DNA of 57,684 nt, taken from the NCBI GenBank assembly GCA_021296055.1, contig JAGWBE010000001.1:1-57684 (forward strand), written 5' to 3'. Below, piece by piece: positions 1 through 8,391 of this stretch. Numbering within the stretch: the stretch's first letter is position 1; each line of letters starts with the position of its first letter. The notes beneath the pieces were generated by a model. The model was not told the DNA's origin. It saw only the letters and a program-made list of their open reading frames with translations, and did not search any database. The position numbers and the translations under genes are program-made. Source of the stretch: Dehalococcoidia bacterium. GTDB lineage: Bacteria > Chloroflexota > Dehalococcoidia > Lucifugimonadales > Australimonadaceae.

Positions 1-315
1 AACTTCGCCGATGCGACGGGAAACATCCTCAAATGACGGATGCGGATCGGTCTTGGCTTTAGCGTACAGCCAGGCGACAGGGTTGATGTCGCACGCCACG
101 GCGCGACGGCCCGACACCATCGCAACGTACGGAGCGGCACCACGTCCGCAGAAGGGGTCAAGCACCGTGTCGCCCGGATTGCTGAAGGCGCCGACCACTT
201 GGCGCGTGAACTCGATGGGGAACATCGCGTAGTAGGGCCCAAGGCATGCCCAGCGGCTCTCCGCCGTTCCAAAGCCGGCCAGCGCCGGCACGCTGCGCAG
301 GCCGCTGGCGCTCAT
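1..315 (-). CDS. DNA methyltransferase (amino-MTase, N6-adenine/N4-cytosine type). Only the 5' part is present; the gene runs off the left edge.
   Basis: Absent from the ORF track because there is no stop in the window. The reverse complement of 315..1 reads MSASGLRSVPALAGFGTAESRWACLGPYYAMFPIEFTRQVVGAFSNPGDTVLDPFCGRGAAPYVAMVSGRRAVACDINPVAW... The 'YYAMFP..(16 aa)..GDTVLDPFCGRGAA' block matches the motif X plus motif I (FxGxG AdoMet loop) of N6_N4-type MTases. The ATG at 315..313 overlaps the TGA at 317..315 of the upstream gene (ATGA). Confidence 0.7.
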   Translation of the reverse strand, partial: MSASGLRSVPALAGFGTAESRWACLGPYYAMFPIEFTRQVVGAFSNPGDTVLDPFCGRGAAPYVAMVSGRRAVACDINPVAWLYAKAKTDPHPSFEDVSRRIGEV

Positions 316-1637
316 CACTCTTCGAAGAGCTCCGCCAGCAAGCCGATGCCCGCCTTCAAGGGTATGGCGGCGTGCGCGTGGGCGCGCACCAGCGGGGCGA
401 AGCCGTCCTCGTAGAGGTAGGTGGAGAATTCGTCCATGATATCCAGCGCCTCGCCCAACCGTGGGTAAGCGGCTACTCCGACGCAGTCGCGGCTCTCCCC
501 TTCCGTGTTCACGATAGGCGTCATGACCACCGCATGCTGCCCCAGCCGGTTCTTATAGAGCACGCGGCGCCCATAGTCAGTTTCCACTCCATGGGCTTTA
601 GCCTCCTGAGGGCGCAAGGCGATGTGGCGGTGAGTGTACGCACGGTCGGGCGCCAGAGCCAACCCTGACTCGAGCCGCGCCCGCGGGCCTTCGTAGTCGC
701 TCTGGTCGAGCGCCTTCAGGTGTTCGAGGAACATGCCGGACTTCTCTACGCCGAAGAGCAGCACTCCGGGCCCACCGCGCGCCAAGGCCTGCGCGTGGAG
801 CCGGGCGACCTCGTTTTGCACATGGAGTTTCAGCCAGGCAGGCATGCCGAAGATGGCCAGTGGTCCGTCCATCACAAAAGCGGTTGTGCCAAAGGCGCTC
901 CACCAACCACGCCGCTCGAAGAAACGCATGATGTTGACCATAGCCAGGTGTTCCACGACCTGCCGCATAGCAGTGTAGGCCTGGGCAGAGGAGCCAAAGT
1001 CTTCGAACCGCTCGTGCAGCCGGAGGCTGTCTGTCTCGAAGATCTGCTCGCACCTTTCGCAAGCGCACTCGCCTATTCCCTCAAGGGCAGGAATGGTGTT
1101 GGAGCAATCATCCATCGGGCAAGGAAAGCGCCTAGACGGTGTGATAGCGCGCATCGTCTCAATCAGCGTCTCGTGTTCATCGTCTACTCTTCTACCAGCG
1201 AGCGCTTGGTGGACAGAGTAGCGGAAGAAGCGCTCCGGGGTATCATCAGCAACATCCTCGCGCACTACATTCCTGCCGGGCAGCACCGCGTCAAGCGTCC
1301 GGCAGTCCTCTATGTCGCGCATCGTGCTGGGCCGCGGGATTGAGCCAGGCGGGATATCCTTAAGTGCCTGGAGGTCGATGACAACAGCGGCGAGGTTTAG
1401 CAGCGCCGCCTCAGCCCCCGGGTAACCGATGCGGACGGGACTGGCGACCGTGGAACCGTCGATGACGATGATGCGGCTAATCGCGTCTTGACCCCGGGGC
1501 GGAGTCAGTGCCACGGGAGGCTCAACGGCCTCCTCGGGGCCGCCGTAGCGAATCGCGCCCTCGAAATCTCTGACGCTGTCGCTTGTGGTGAGCCGCCACA
1601 GCGATTCGCCAGTGGCAAACTCCTTCTCGTAGGGCAT
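315..1637 (-). CDS. NurA-like nuclease with an inserted Cys-rich zinc-ribbon
   Basis: 440 aa. The motif order 'IIVIDGST' (D60), 'FVMDGPLAIFG', 'LFGVEKSGMF' and C-terminal 'RAHAHAAI' is typical of the NurA domain. An insert 'CPMDDCSNTIPALEGIGECACERCEQ' (nt 1050..1121) looks like a zinc ribbon. The start overlaps the HerA-like stop (ATGA at 1639..1635). Confidence 0.7.
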   Translation of the reverse strand: MPYEKEFATGESLWRLTTSDSVRDFEGAIRYGGPEEAVEPPVALTPPRGQDAISRIIVIDGSTVASPVRIGYPGAEAALLNLAAVVIDLQALKDIPPGSIPRPSTMRDIEDCRTLDAVLPGRNVVREDVADDTPERFFRYSVHQALAGRRVDDEHETLIETMRAITPSRRFPCPMDDCSNTIPALEGIGECACERCEQIFETDSLRLHERFEDFGSSAQAYTAMRQVVEHLAMVNIMRFFERRGWWSAFGTTAFVMDGPLAIFGMPAWLKLHVQNEVARLHAQALARGGPGVLLFGVEKSGMFLEHLKALDQSDYEGPRARLESGLALAPDRAYTHRHIALRPQEAKAHGVETDYGRRVLYKNRLGQHAVVMTPIVNTEGESRDCVGVAAYPRLGEALDIMDEFSTYLYEDGFAPLVRAHAHAAIPLKAGIGLLAELFEE

Positions 1638-3793
1638 CAGGACTCCTGCGCTGGCGCAGTGAAGCGGTCGATCTGGACGGGCAGCGTGTAGGGGCTGGAC
1701 ATTGTTCGCACCTTGAGGAAGCCCGGCTCTTTCACCCGACGGATGCTGCCGCTGAAGTCGGCGAAGTCGTTGTACTGGTCTAGTTCGCGAGTCTCTCCAG
1801 TGCTGTTGAGGTGGGAGAGGAACCAGTTCTCGGTGTTGCGGAGAATGTTGCGCTGGATGGAGGATGGCTCTTGCGTGGAGTAGACCAGGCCGATGTTGAA
1901 CTTGGCGCCCTCCTTCGCCGTGCGCGCCCAGATGTTGCGAGTGTCCTCCTCGCCGCCGCGGGGCAAGAGTGTATGCGCTTCCTCAACGTAGATGATCATC
2001 GGGTCGGGCGGGAGGAAGAAGCCGTCGGAGGCTTTCCTCGGCCGGGTGAAGGTTTCCTGTTGCCGGGCGAATATCTTGCGCATGATGCGCTCCGCCGACT
2101 GCTCGTTCATAACCGGGTCGCCCAGCGCCTGGTCGAGAATCACCAGCCTGCCTGCCTCCATGTCGACGATAATCTCATCGGTGTAGTCCGCATTCCGGCT
2201 CGGGTCGTGCCACTCCCGGCACTCTCGCAACGCCTGAACTCCTCGGGTGTTTTCAAAGATGCGTAGTAAGCCAAGGAGCCGGTCATCGCTCCAGTTACGC
2301 CGATCGTGAGATGCCTGGTAGCGCCGATCGAACCTGTGACCATCTCCATTCCTTTCAAACCACTTGCTCAACTGGCGGCACAACTCCCTAGCAGCATTCC
2401 ATGACAATTCACCCTGCACTTCTGCTGTAAAACCGGACAGGAGAGGCTCGTCTTCCATGGCCCTTCGTACTTCGTCGCCGAAAAGGCCACGCACGGACAC
2501 ATTGGCGGTTGGGGGCTCGAATCCTGCTGCGGCCAGAATGGCTTGATAGACGAACACCGCGCGATGGTAGCGGACGTACTCGCCCCTATCGGTGATTCCC
2601 CCCGGCGCGGTCAGGTCGGTGCTGCGGAATGCCGCGATGTACGCCGCACTCTCGCTCTCAATGCGGCCATAGATAATCTGCTTGCCCATGTAGAGGGATT
2701 CCAGAGATTGGTGGAGGTCGTGGGCTGAGCTTGGCGGCTGCGACTGCGGCGGCAGCTCGCCCCCGAAGAAATTCACCTTAGTGATGCGCCGCCCCGGGTC
2801 GTAAGGGTGTGGCGTCAGGCCGTAGGTCACCACGTCTGACAAGTCGGCGCCTGGGAGATGCTTCACGTTGCGTAGGCAGCCGTCATCCTGCGGGTTGTCG
2901 TTGGCGTATTCCCCATTGGGGTCGATTATCAGCTGCGCGACGCGCTCAGAGGCATCCCCGCTGAGGCGCAGCTCGAAGACTGCCCGGGCGAGCGTCTTGA
3001 CGGTGTTGGACTTGCCGGTGCGGGTCATGCCGAACAGCGCCGTGCGCTGGGCCACCACGTCTCGCGTGGTCATCTGCACAGGGACGGACTCGGGGCGGCC
3101 TGCATCCAGCGAGGCAGCGTACTTGACCTCGCCGATGCGGACGCGCCCCGAGCCAGGTGCGCCGTCCCTGGTGAAATTGGCGATGCGTTCCAGCGCCACG
3201 CCTATGGGCTTGTAAATCTTCATTCCCTGCCCGGCGTAGAAGTTGTCGATATCGCTCCCAAAGGTCAAGCGCCACTCGCCGGATTCCGTAGAGTGAACCA
3301 TCCGAAAGGTGCCGAGTATGGCGCAGCGCAACCCTGCGAACCGCATCTGATTGAGGGTGAACTGGTCGGTAGTCCGGGGCTCGTCCCAGTTATAGAGGCT
3401 ATCGGAGGCGCGCTGCCCCGCTTGGAAGCGCGCCTGCTGCATCTCGATGTCATTGGGCAGCGTGCTGCTTCCCAGAACGCGAAGGAGCAGCAGTGAGGGC
3501 AGAGATTCGCCAGCCTCTCCATCACCGCCGTCGGGGGCCTGATCTCTCGCCGCTACTAGGAAGCAACCGTGGGGCACACCTCCGACCTGCTGCCGCATTG
3601 CGTCGTGCACCAAGACGTGCGCCTCGTCGAAGTCCATTCGGATGAGGTCGCCGACCAGCCAGTCGGGCTCCCGGAATGCCCTGACCTCGCCCTGCGCTGC
3701 CTCGGCGCGGCGGGCGGCCTCCTCGCGCTCCATCTCGGGCGCAAGGCGGCTCAGAGGGCCTGGGGATTCGCCTGGCGTGGAGGGAGTAGTCAC
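1637..3793 (-). CDS. HerA-like (DUF87, FtsK/HerA superfamily) ATPase
   Basis: 718 aa with a GTG start at 3793. Motifs in order: Walker A 'FGMTRTGKSN' (nt 3005..3034), 'LIIDPNGEY', Walker B 'MIIYVEEAH' (nt 1973..1999), 'GLVYSTQEPSSI' and 'NWFLSHLNS'. This is the hallmark HerA motif order. About 335 aa separate Walker A from Walker B. Confidence 0.8.
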   Translation of the reverse strand: MTTPSTPGESPGPLSRLAPEMEREEAARRAEAAQGEVRAFREPDWLVGDLIRMDFDEAHVLVHDAMRQQVGGVPHGCFLVAARDQAPDGGDGEAGESLPSLLLLRVLGSSTLPNDIEMQQARFQAGQRASDSLYNWDEPRTTDQFTLNQMRFAGLRCAILGTFRMVHSTESGEWRLTFGSDIDNFYAGQGMKIYKPIGVALERIANFTRDGAPGSGRVRIGEVKYAASLDAGRPESVPVQMTTRDVVAQRTALFGMTRTGKSNTVKTLARAVFELRLSGDASERVAQLIIDPNGEYANDNPQDDGCLRNVKHLPGADLSDVVTYGLTPHPYDPGRRITKVNFFGGELPPQSQPPSSAHDLHQSLESLYMGKQIIYGRIESESAAYIAAFRSTDLTAPGGITDRGEYVRYHRAVFVYQAILAAAGFEPPTANVSVRGLFGDEVRRAMEDEPLLSGFTAEVQGELSWNAARELCRQLSKWFERNGDGHRFDRRYQASHDRRNWSDDRLLGLLRIFENTRGVQALRECREWHDPSRNADYTDEIIVDMEAGRLVILDQALGDPVMNEQSAERIMRKIFARQQETFTRPRKASDGFFLPPDPMIIYVEEAHTLLPRGGEEDTRNIWARTAKEGAKFNIGLVYSTQEPSSIQRNILRNTENWFLSHLNSTGETRELDQYNDFADFSGSIRRVKEPGFLKVRTMSSPYTLPVQIDRFTAPAQES

Positions 3794-3806
3794 GCGCCCT
3801 ACCCTG

Positions 3807-4919
3807 CTACCACTGGACGAACATCGGCATGACGACGTGGACGTATGCTTCGTCGTCGACTTGGCGGACTACGCCGGGGCTGGAGGGGGAGGTCATCTCT
3901 AGGGCGACCTTCTCCTTGTCGAGGACGGCGAGCACGTCGGTGAGGTAGCGGGCGTTGAAGGCGATGCGCCCCTCGCCGCCCTCCACCTGCGCCTCCAGCT
4001 GCCCCTCGCTATCGCCGACCTCCTCGGCGCGGGAGGAGACGGTGAGGTGGCCTGGGGCGTTCTCGCCCGGCTCCATGCGGAGGCGGATGATGGCGAAGAT
4101 GGAGGCGGTGCGGGTTACGCGGCGGAGTTCGGCGAGGTCGACGACGGCGCGGGTGTCGTGCGCGGTGGGGACGAGTTGCTCGTAGTTGGGGAAGGTTCCC
4201 TGGATGAGCTGGGAGACGACCTCGATGTCCCTGAGGCGGAAGAGCACCTGGCTGCGCTGCGGCGTGATGACGATATCGATGGGCGCCTCGCCTTCGCTGA
4301 GGCGCTCGACTTCTTGCATAGTGCGGGCAGGGACGATGACGGTAATCTCCTCCTCGACGGGCTCGAGGAGGGGGGCGTGGTGGACGGCGAGGCGAAAGCC
4401 GTCGGCGGCGGCGAGGGTGAGGCGTTCGCCCTCGAAGTGCATGTTGACGCCGGTGAGCACGGGGCGGGAATCCTCGAAGGCGGCGGCGAAGACCACTTGC
4501 CGGATGGCGTCGCGCAGCGCTTTGGCCGCGATGCGGGTTACGGCGCCCTCGGTGGGCGTGGGGATGGGGGGGAATTCGCCCGCGTCGGCGCCGTGCATAG
4601 TGGCGTTGGTGCGATCGCCCTTGATCTCGATGCCCGTGCCCGCCTCGAGTGTCTTGACGCTGATGGTCTGGGGTTCGAGGGAGTTGATGAAGTCGGTGAG
4701 CAGGCGCGCGGGGATGGTGATGCCGCCCTCGGCCTCGACCTCGGCGCCGATCCACGTGCTGATGGCGATCTCGAGGTTGGTGGCGGAGAGCTTGATGCGG
4801 CCGGCGTCGGAGGCGATGAGGACGTGTTGGGTGATAGGCAGCGTGGTGCGGGTGGCGACGGCGCGCTGGACGATGCCGAGCCCTTGGCGGAGATTCTCCT
4901 GAAGGCAGTTCAGGTGCAT
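3807..4919 (-). CDS. dnaN: DNA polymerase III beta sliding clamp
   Basis: The sequence 'MHLNCLQENLRQGLGIVQRAVATRTTLPITQHVLIASDAGRIKLSATNLEIAIS...' shows the typical DnaN N-terminus and length (370 aa). I chose the internal ATG at 4919 rather than the ORF-track start at 4964. Confidence 0.95.
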   Translation of the reverse strand: MHLNCLQENLRQGLGIVQRAVATRTTLPITQHVLIASDAGRIKLSATNLEIAISTWIGAEVEAEGGITIPARLLTDFINSLEPQTISVKTLEAGTGIEIKGDRTNATMHGADAGEFPPIPTPTEGAVTRIAAKALRDAIRQVVFAAAFEDSRPVLTGVNMHFEGERLTLAAADGFRLAVHHAPLLEPVEEEITVIVPARTMQEVERLSEGEAPIDIVITPQRSQVLFRLRDIEVVSQLIQGTFPNYEQLVPTAHDTRAVVDLAELRRVTRTASIFAIIRLRMEPGENAPGHLTVSSRAEEVGDSEGQLEAQVEGGEGRIAFNARYLTDVLAVLDKEKVALEMTSPSSPGVVRQVDDEAYVHVVMPMFVQW

Positions 4920-5066
4920 GGGGCGTACCTCAATATGTTGTGGTTGGGGCGGCGAGCGGCGCAAGTATAGGCGGGAAGTCGAAGCGCTCGCAAGATGAAG
5001 GCGGCAGGGACGCGGCGCACGCCGTTCCAGAGGGAGGAGAAGGGAGTGAGAGCGGCGGCGTGCGGC

Positions 5067-5564
5067 CTACTGCCAGCCGCTGAGGAGCTCGACGAGCTGG
5101 TCGATTTGCTCGGGGGTAAGGGTTTCGCCGAAGTTCTGCGGCATCAAGTCGGGTTCGCAGTCGCCCGTGGGGCAGTCGGCGGCGAGCTCGGCGTTGGGGT
5201 CAAGGATGGAAAGGCGGATCGCGTCGGCGTCGAGGCGCGCGCCGATGTCGGAGAGGTCGGGACCGACCTGGCCGTTGGCCTGGGGGATGGACGCGACGCT
5301 GTGGCAAGCGCCGCATCCGGCAACCTGGACGAAGACGCGCGCGCCGCCCGTGAGGTTCGCGCCGCCGCCATCCACCGGGCCGGAGGGAGTGGGCGTGGGG
5401 ACGGGGGTGACGCCGGGCGCCTCGCACGGGCTGGCGACGAACACGCCGCCCTGTGCGACGAGGCATTGGTCGGCGTCGGGGTTAGGCTCCGTTCCGCAGG
5501 CTGCGGCGAGCGCCAGCACGGCTGCGGCAAGCAGCGTGGCGACAAGGGTTCTGGGGTGAAGCAA
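5067..5564 (-). CDS. c-type cytochrome, lipoprotein-anchored
   Basis: It has a signal/lipobox 'LLAAAVLALAAAC', the heme-binding motif 'CGACH', and a distal 'DLMPQNF' (Met ligand region). TTG start. Confidence 0.85.
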   Translation of the reverse strand: MLHPRTLVATLLAAAVLALAAACGTEPNPDADQCLVAQGGVFVASPCEAPGVTPVPTPTPSGPVDGGGANLTGGARVFVQVAGCGACHSVASIPQANGQVGPDLSDIGARLDADAIRLSILDPNAELAADCPTGDCEPDLMPQNFGETLTPEQIDQLVELLSGWQ

Positions 5565-5765
5565 GCGCTCTCTCAGCGGGACGTCTTGCGGTGGCCTGCG
5601 CCCCGCGGACTAGGCGGGCGCGGGCCGCGCCGGAGTGTGGAGTGGTTCCCGCAATAGGTATCACTCGCCCGCGCGGCCTGTCAAGGCGGAGGGAGCGCGT
5701 AAACGGGCGAGGGCGCGTTGGAGTGAGGCGCCGCCGCCTTGCCTCCCTCGAATCGAGGCGAGATT

Positions 5766-5794
5766 CCCGCTTTCTCGGAAATGACGAAAGCGGG
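5766..5794. repeat. Perfect 9-bp stem hairpin, CCCGCTTTC-(11 nt)-GAAAGCGGG
   Basis: Read directly: cccgctttc tcggaaatgac gaaagcggg. The 5' flank 'cgagattcccgc' recurs at 13099..13110. Confidence 0.7.
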
Positions 5795-5859
5795 CAGGAA
5801 CGGCATGCGACGGCCATACCCTACCCTGCCGCTTGCGCCGCGTCCTCGAGCGCGGGCGG

Positions 5860-6084
5860 CTAGCCGGTGCGCTTGACTTCGAGCGACTCGCCGGGGGCGA
5901 GCGCCACTCGCCGGACGTTGATGCCGAGCTTGAGCAGCCAGTAGCCGAGCGTGGCCTTGCTGACCTCCAAGGTCAGCGCCGTGGCCGTGAGGCCGTGCTC
6001 GTTGATCATCTCCGGGAGGAGCCGTTCCAGCGGTTGCCGGTAGCGGTCCTCCACGTTCTGCATGAGACGGGTCTTACGCGCCAT
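5860..6084 (-). CDS. Small helix-turn-helix DNA-binding protein (74 aa)
   Basis: 'MARKTRLMQNVEDRYRQPLERLLPEMINEHGLTATALTLEVSKATLGYWLLKLGI'. The segment 'LTATALTLEVSKATLGYWLLKLG' looks like an HTH. Internal ATG chosen as the start. Confidence 0.5.
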   Translation of the reverse strand: MARKTRLMQNVEDRYRQPLERLLPEMINEHGLTATALTLEVSKATLGYWLLKLGINVRRVALAPGESLEVKRTG

Positions 6085-6314
6085 ACGTACCCCTCCCCTA
6101 AGCGTGCGTGCAGGATGGATTCGGTTGTGTTTTCCCCGGCGCGTATTTGACCGCATCCTCGACGTATAGTCAACCCTACGCCTAGATACGGGACTATTCG
6201 GCGGACTATGCGCCGGTTTAGTCGAAGTATTAGAATCGTCCAGAACACGCCCGCGCGTCGCAACCGGGCGGGAGACGAAAAGCGCGCGGCGGCCTTGCGG
6301 AGACGCCCTAACCT

Positions 6315-6782
6315 ATGCCTGGAGAACTCGTCACCTTCCTCACCGCAATGGCGCCCATCGGCGAGCTTCGCGCCGCCGTGCCGCTGGGCCTCGTGCAGTA
6401 CGGGCTCTCGTGGCGAGTCGTGCTGCCTCTGGCGGTGCTGGGCAACCTAGCGCCCGTGCCGTTCGTGCTGCTGGCGCTCCACGGCGCCGGCGAGAGGGTG
6501 GAACGGATGGACAACGCCGCCGGGGCGCTGCTGCGCTGGCGCACGCGACGGCTGGAGGAGCGGTGGGGCGAGTTTGTCCGCCGCTATGAGTTCTGGGCCG
6601 TGATGCTGATGGTGGCGATTCCCTTGCCCTTCACTGGGGCGTGGACGGGTTGCTTGGCGGTCTGGTCGCTGCGCGTGCCCTTGCGCAAGGGGTTGCCGGC
6701 CATCGCGCTGGGGGTGGCTATCGCGGGTATCATCGTGATTATCCTGGTGGAAGCGGGCGTCGAGGCGTTCAGGCACGTCTAG
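6315..6782 (+). CDS. Small multidrug export protein family (COG2426-like) membrane protein
   Basis: 155 aa. The sequences 'APIGELRAAVPLGL...' and 'IPLPFTGAWTG' and four predicted TM segments are typical of the Sm_multidrug_ex family. Confidence 0.65.
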   Translation: MPGELVTFLTAMAPIGELRAAVPLGLVQYGLSWRVVLPLAVLGNLAPVPFVLLALHGAGERVERMDNAAGALLRWRTRRLEERWGEFVRRYEFWAVMLMVAIPLPFTGAWTGCLAVWSLRVPLRKGLPAIALGVAIAGIIVIILVEAGVEAFRHV

Positions 6783-6800
6783 GGAGCATCGAGGAGCGCT

Positions 6801-7289
6801 ATGCAGTTCTGGGAGAAGGTGCGGCGGAACCACGGCTTGGAGCACGCGGCCATCACGCTGATGCTGCCCCACGCGCGGCAGAACCGCGTCGTCGCGGGCT
6901 ACTCGCTGCCCGGGGGATTCGTGGTGTTGGGCGATTTCGAGACGGAGCAGGTGGAGCGCTTCGCCCAGGAGGGGTTGGAGCGGATGCGCCAGGGGCAGAC
7001 CGACCTGGCGGTGTCGCCTTTCTGCGGTACGAACATCGTGGTGGCGGCGGCGCTAGCGACGCTCGGCGCGGTGGTGGCGCTGCGGTTCGGCGGGTTCGGC
7101 CTGCGGGGGCTGAACCGCGCCTTCTCGAACGCGACGCTCGCCCTGATGGCGTCGCGCCCCATCGGGCGCTTCGTACAGGAGCGCTACACCACGTCGGCCG
7201 ACGTGGGCGCGGCGTCCATCACCGGCGTAACGCGGCATGAAATCGGCGGCCTGACGGTGCACTGGGTGGCGACGAGGTTCGCGGCGTAA
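6801..7289 (+). CDS. Conserved hypothetical protein (NHGLEHA motif, hydrophobic core segment)
   Basis: 162 aa. A GAGGAG Shine-Dalgarno lies 5 nt upstream of the ATG. I can name no confident family. Confidence 0.5.
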   Translation: MQFWEKVRRNHGLEHAAITLMLPHARQNRVVAGYSLPGGFVVLGDFETEQVERFAQEGLERMRQGQTDLAVSPFCGTNIVVAAALATLGAVVALRFGGFGLRGLNRAFSNATLALMASRPIGRFVQERYTTSADVGAASITGVTRHEIGGLTVHWVATRFAA

Positions 7290-7300
7290 GGGCGGCGAGG

Positions 7301-7376
7301 TGGCATCCCCGGACGGATTCGAACCGTCGACCGTCTGCTTAGAAGGCAGCTGCTCTGTCCGCTGAGCTACGGGGAC
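7301..7376 (-). tRNA. tRNA-Arg (anticodon UCU)
   Basis: The reverse complement GTCCCCGTAGCTCAGCGGACAGAGCAGCTGCCTTCTAAGCAGACGGTCGACGGTTCGAATCCGTCCGGGGATGCCA folds as a cloverleaf. It has a 7-bp acceptor stem, anticodon loop CTTCTAA, a TTCGAAT T-loop, and an encoded CCA. Confidence 0.9.
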
Positions 7377-7466
7377 TTGCGCTGAATTATAGTAGTAACG
7401 CCTCCGGCGGCGGTCAACCGCCCCGCTTGACGTGCCCTGCCTGTGAAATTCCCGCGAGGAGTCGCT

Positions 7467-8246
7467 ATGGCCGCCACCCTGACCTACGAGACGAAAGGCG
7501 GCGTCGCCGTCCTCACGCTGCGGCGCGAGGAGCGGCGCAACGCCATCAACCGCGCGATGATCGCCGACCTGACAGAGGCGGTGGAAGCGTTCGAGCGAGA
7601 CGCGGCGGCGCGCGTGCTCATCGTAACGGGCGCGGGCAGCGCGTTCTCGGCGGGCGCGGACATCAAGGAGCGCGCCGAGAACGCGGGCGACATGTCCGTC
7701 CAGCGCACCTCGCTCCACATCTCGCCCCTCTTCCGCCGTCTAGAGTTGATGGACAAGGTGGTCATCGCGGCGATCAATGGTCCCGCCGTCGGGGGCGGGT
7801 GCGAGTTGGCGCTGGCGTGCGACCTGCGCGTCGCGGGGCGAAGCGCGGTGTTCGCGCTGCCCGAGGTGCGGCTCGGCATCCTGCCGGGAGCGGGCGGCAC
7901 CCAGCGCCTCCCGCGCGTCGTCGGCCCTGCCCGCGCCAAGGAGATGATGCTGCTCGCCCGCTACCTGGACGCGCCGGCCGCCCTCGCGTGGGGCCTGGTC
8001 AACGAAGTGGTGGACGACGCCGAACTGATGCCGCGCGCCCGCGCCATCGCCGCCGAGGTCATCGAGATGGCGCCGGTCGCGCTCGGCGTCATCAAGACGG
8101 CCGTGGACAAGGCGCAAGACATGGACCTAGACGCCGGCTTAGCGTTCGAGCAGGAGTGCTCGCAGGTCGTGGCGGCCACCGCCGACCGCGTCGAGGGCTA
8201 CCAGGCGTTCGTGGAGAAGCGCAAGCCGCGCTTCACCGGGCGATAG
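7467..8246 (+). CDS. Enoyl-CoA hydratase/isomerase (crotonase family)
   Basis: 'VAVLTLRREERRNAIN...VLIVTGAGSAFSAGADIKE...INGPAVGGGCELALACDLR'. A GAGGAG Shine-Dalgarno precedes the ATG at 7467. Confidence 0.9.
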   Translation: MAATLTYETKGGVAVLTLRREERRNAINRAMIADLTEAVEAFERDAAARVLIVTGAGSAFSAGADIKERAENAGDMSVQRTSLHISPLFRRLELMDKVVIAAINGPAVGGGCELALACDLRVAGRSAVFALPEVRLGILPGAGGTQRLPRVVGPARAKEMMLLARYLDAPAALAWGLVNEVVDDAELMPRARAIAAEVIEMAPVALGVIKTAVDKAQDMDLDAGLAFEQECSQVVAATADRVEGYQAFVEKRKPRFTGR

Positions 8247-8391
8247 GGCGCAGGGATTCGGGGGTTGGGGTTAATCGCTTGTCTCATACGTACTGAACAA
8301 GCACGGAGGTTATCGCCAAGGAGTTTGGGTGTGATACCCTGCGAAGCGACACACCGTCACACTCTTTAGGCCTAGTAGGAGGAATGCATCG

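Noticed and set aside
4920-6314. A replication origin next to dnaN
   Set aside because: dnaA is not adjacent, and I could find no TTATCCACA-like DnaA boxes or a marked AT-rich unwinding element by eye. This needs a formal scan, so I make no claim.
7301-7376. tRNA-Arg and tRNA-Gly (52874..52948) as integration sites of mobile elements
   Set aside because: No integrase, excisionase, direct repeat of a tRNA 3' end, or GC shift is visible next to either tRNA.
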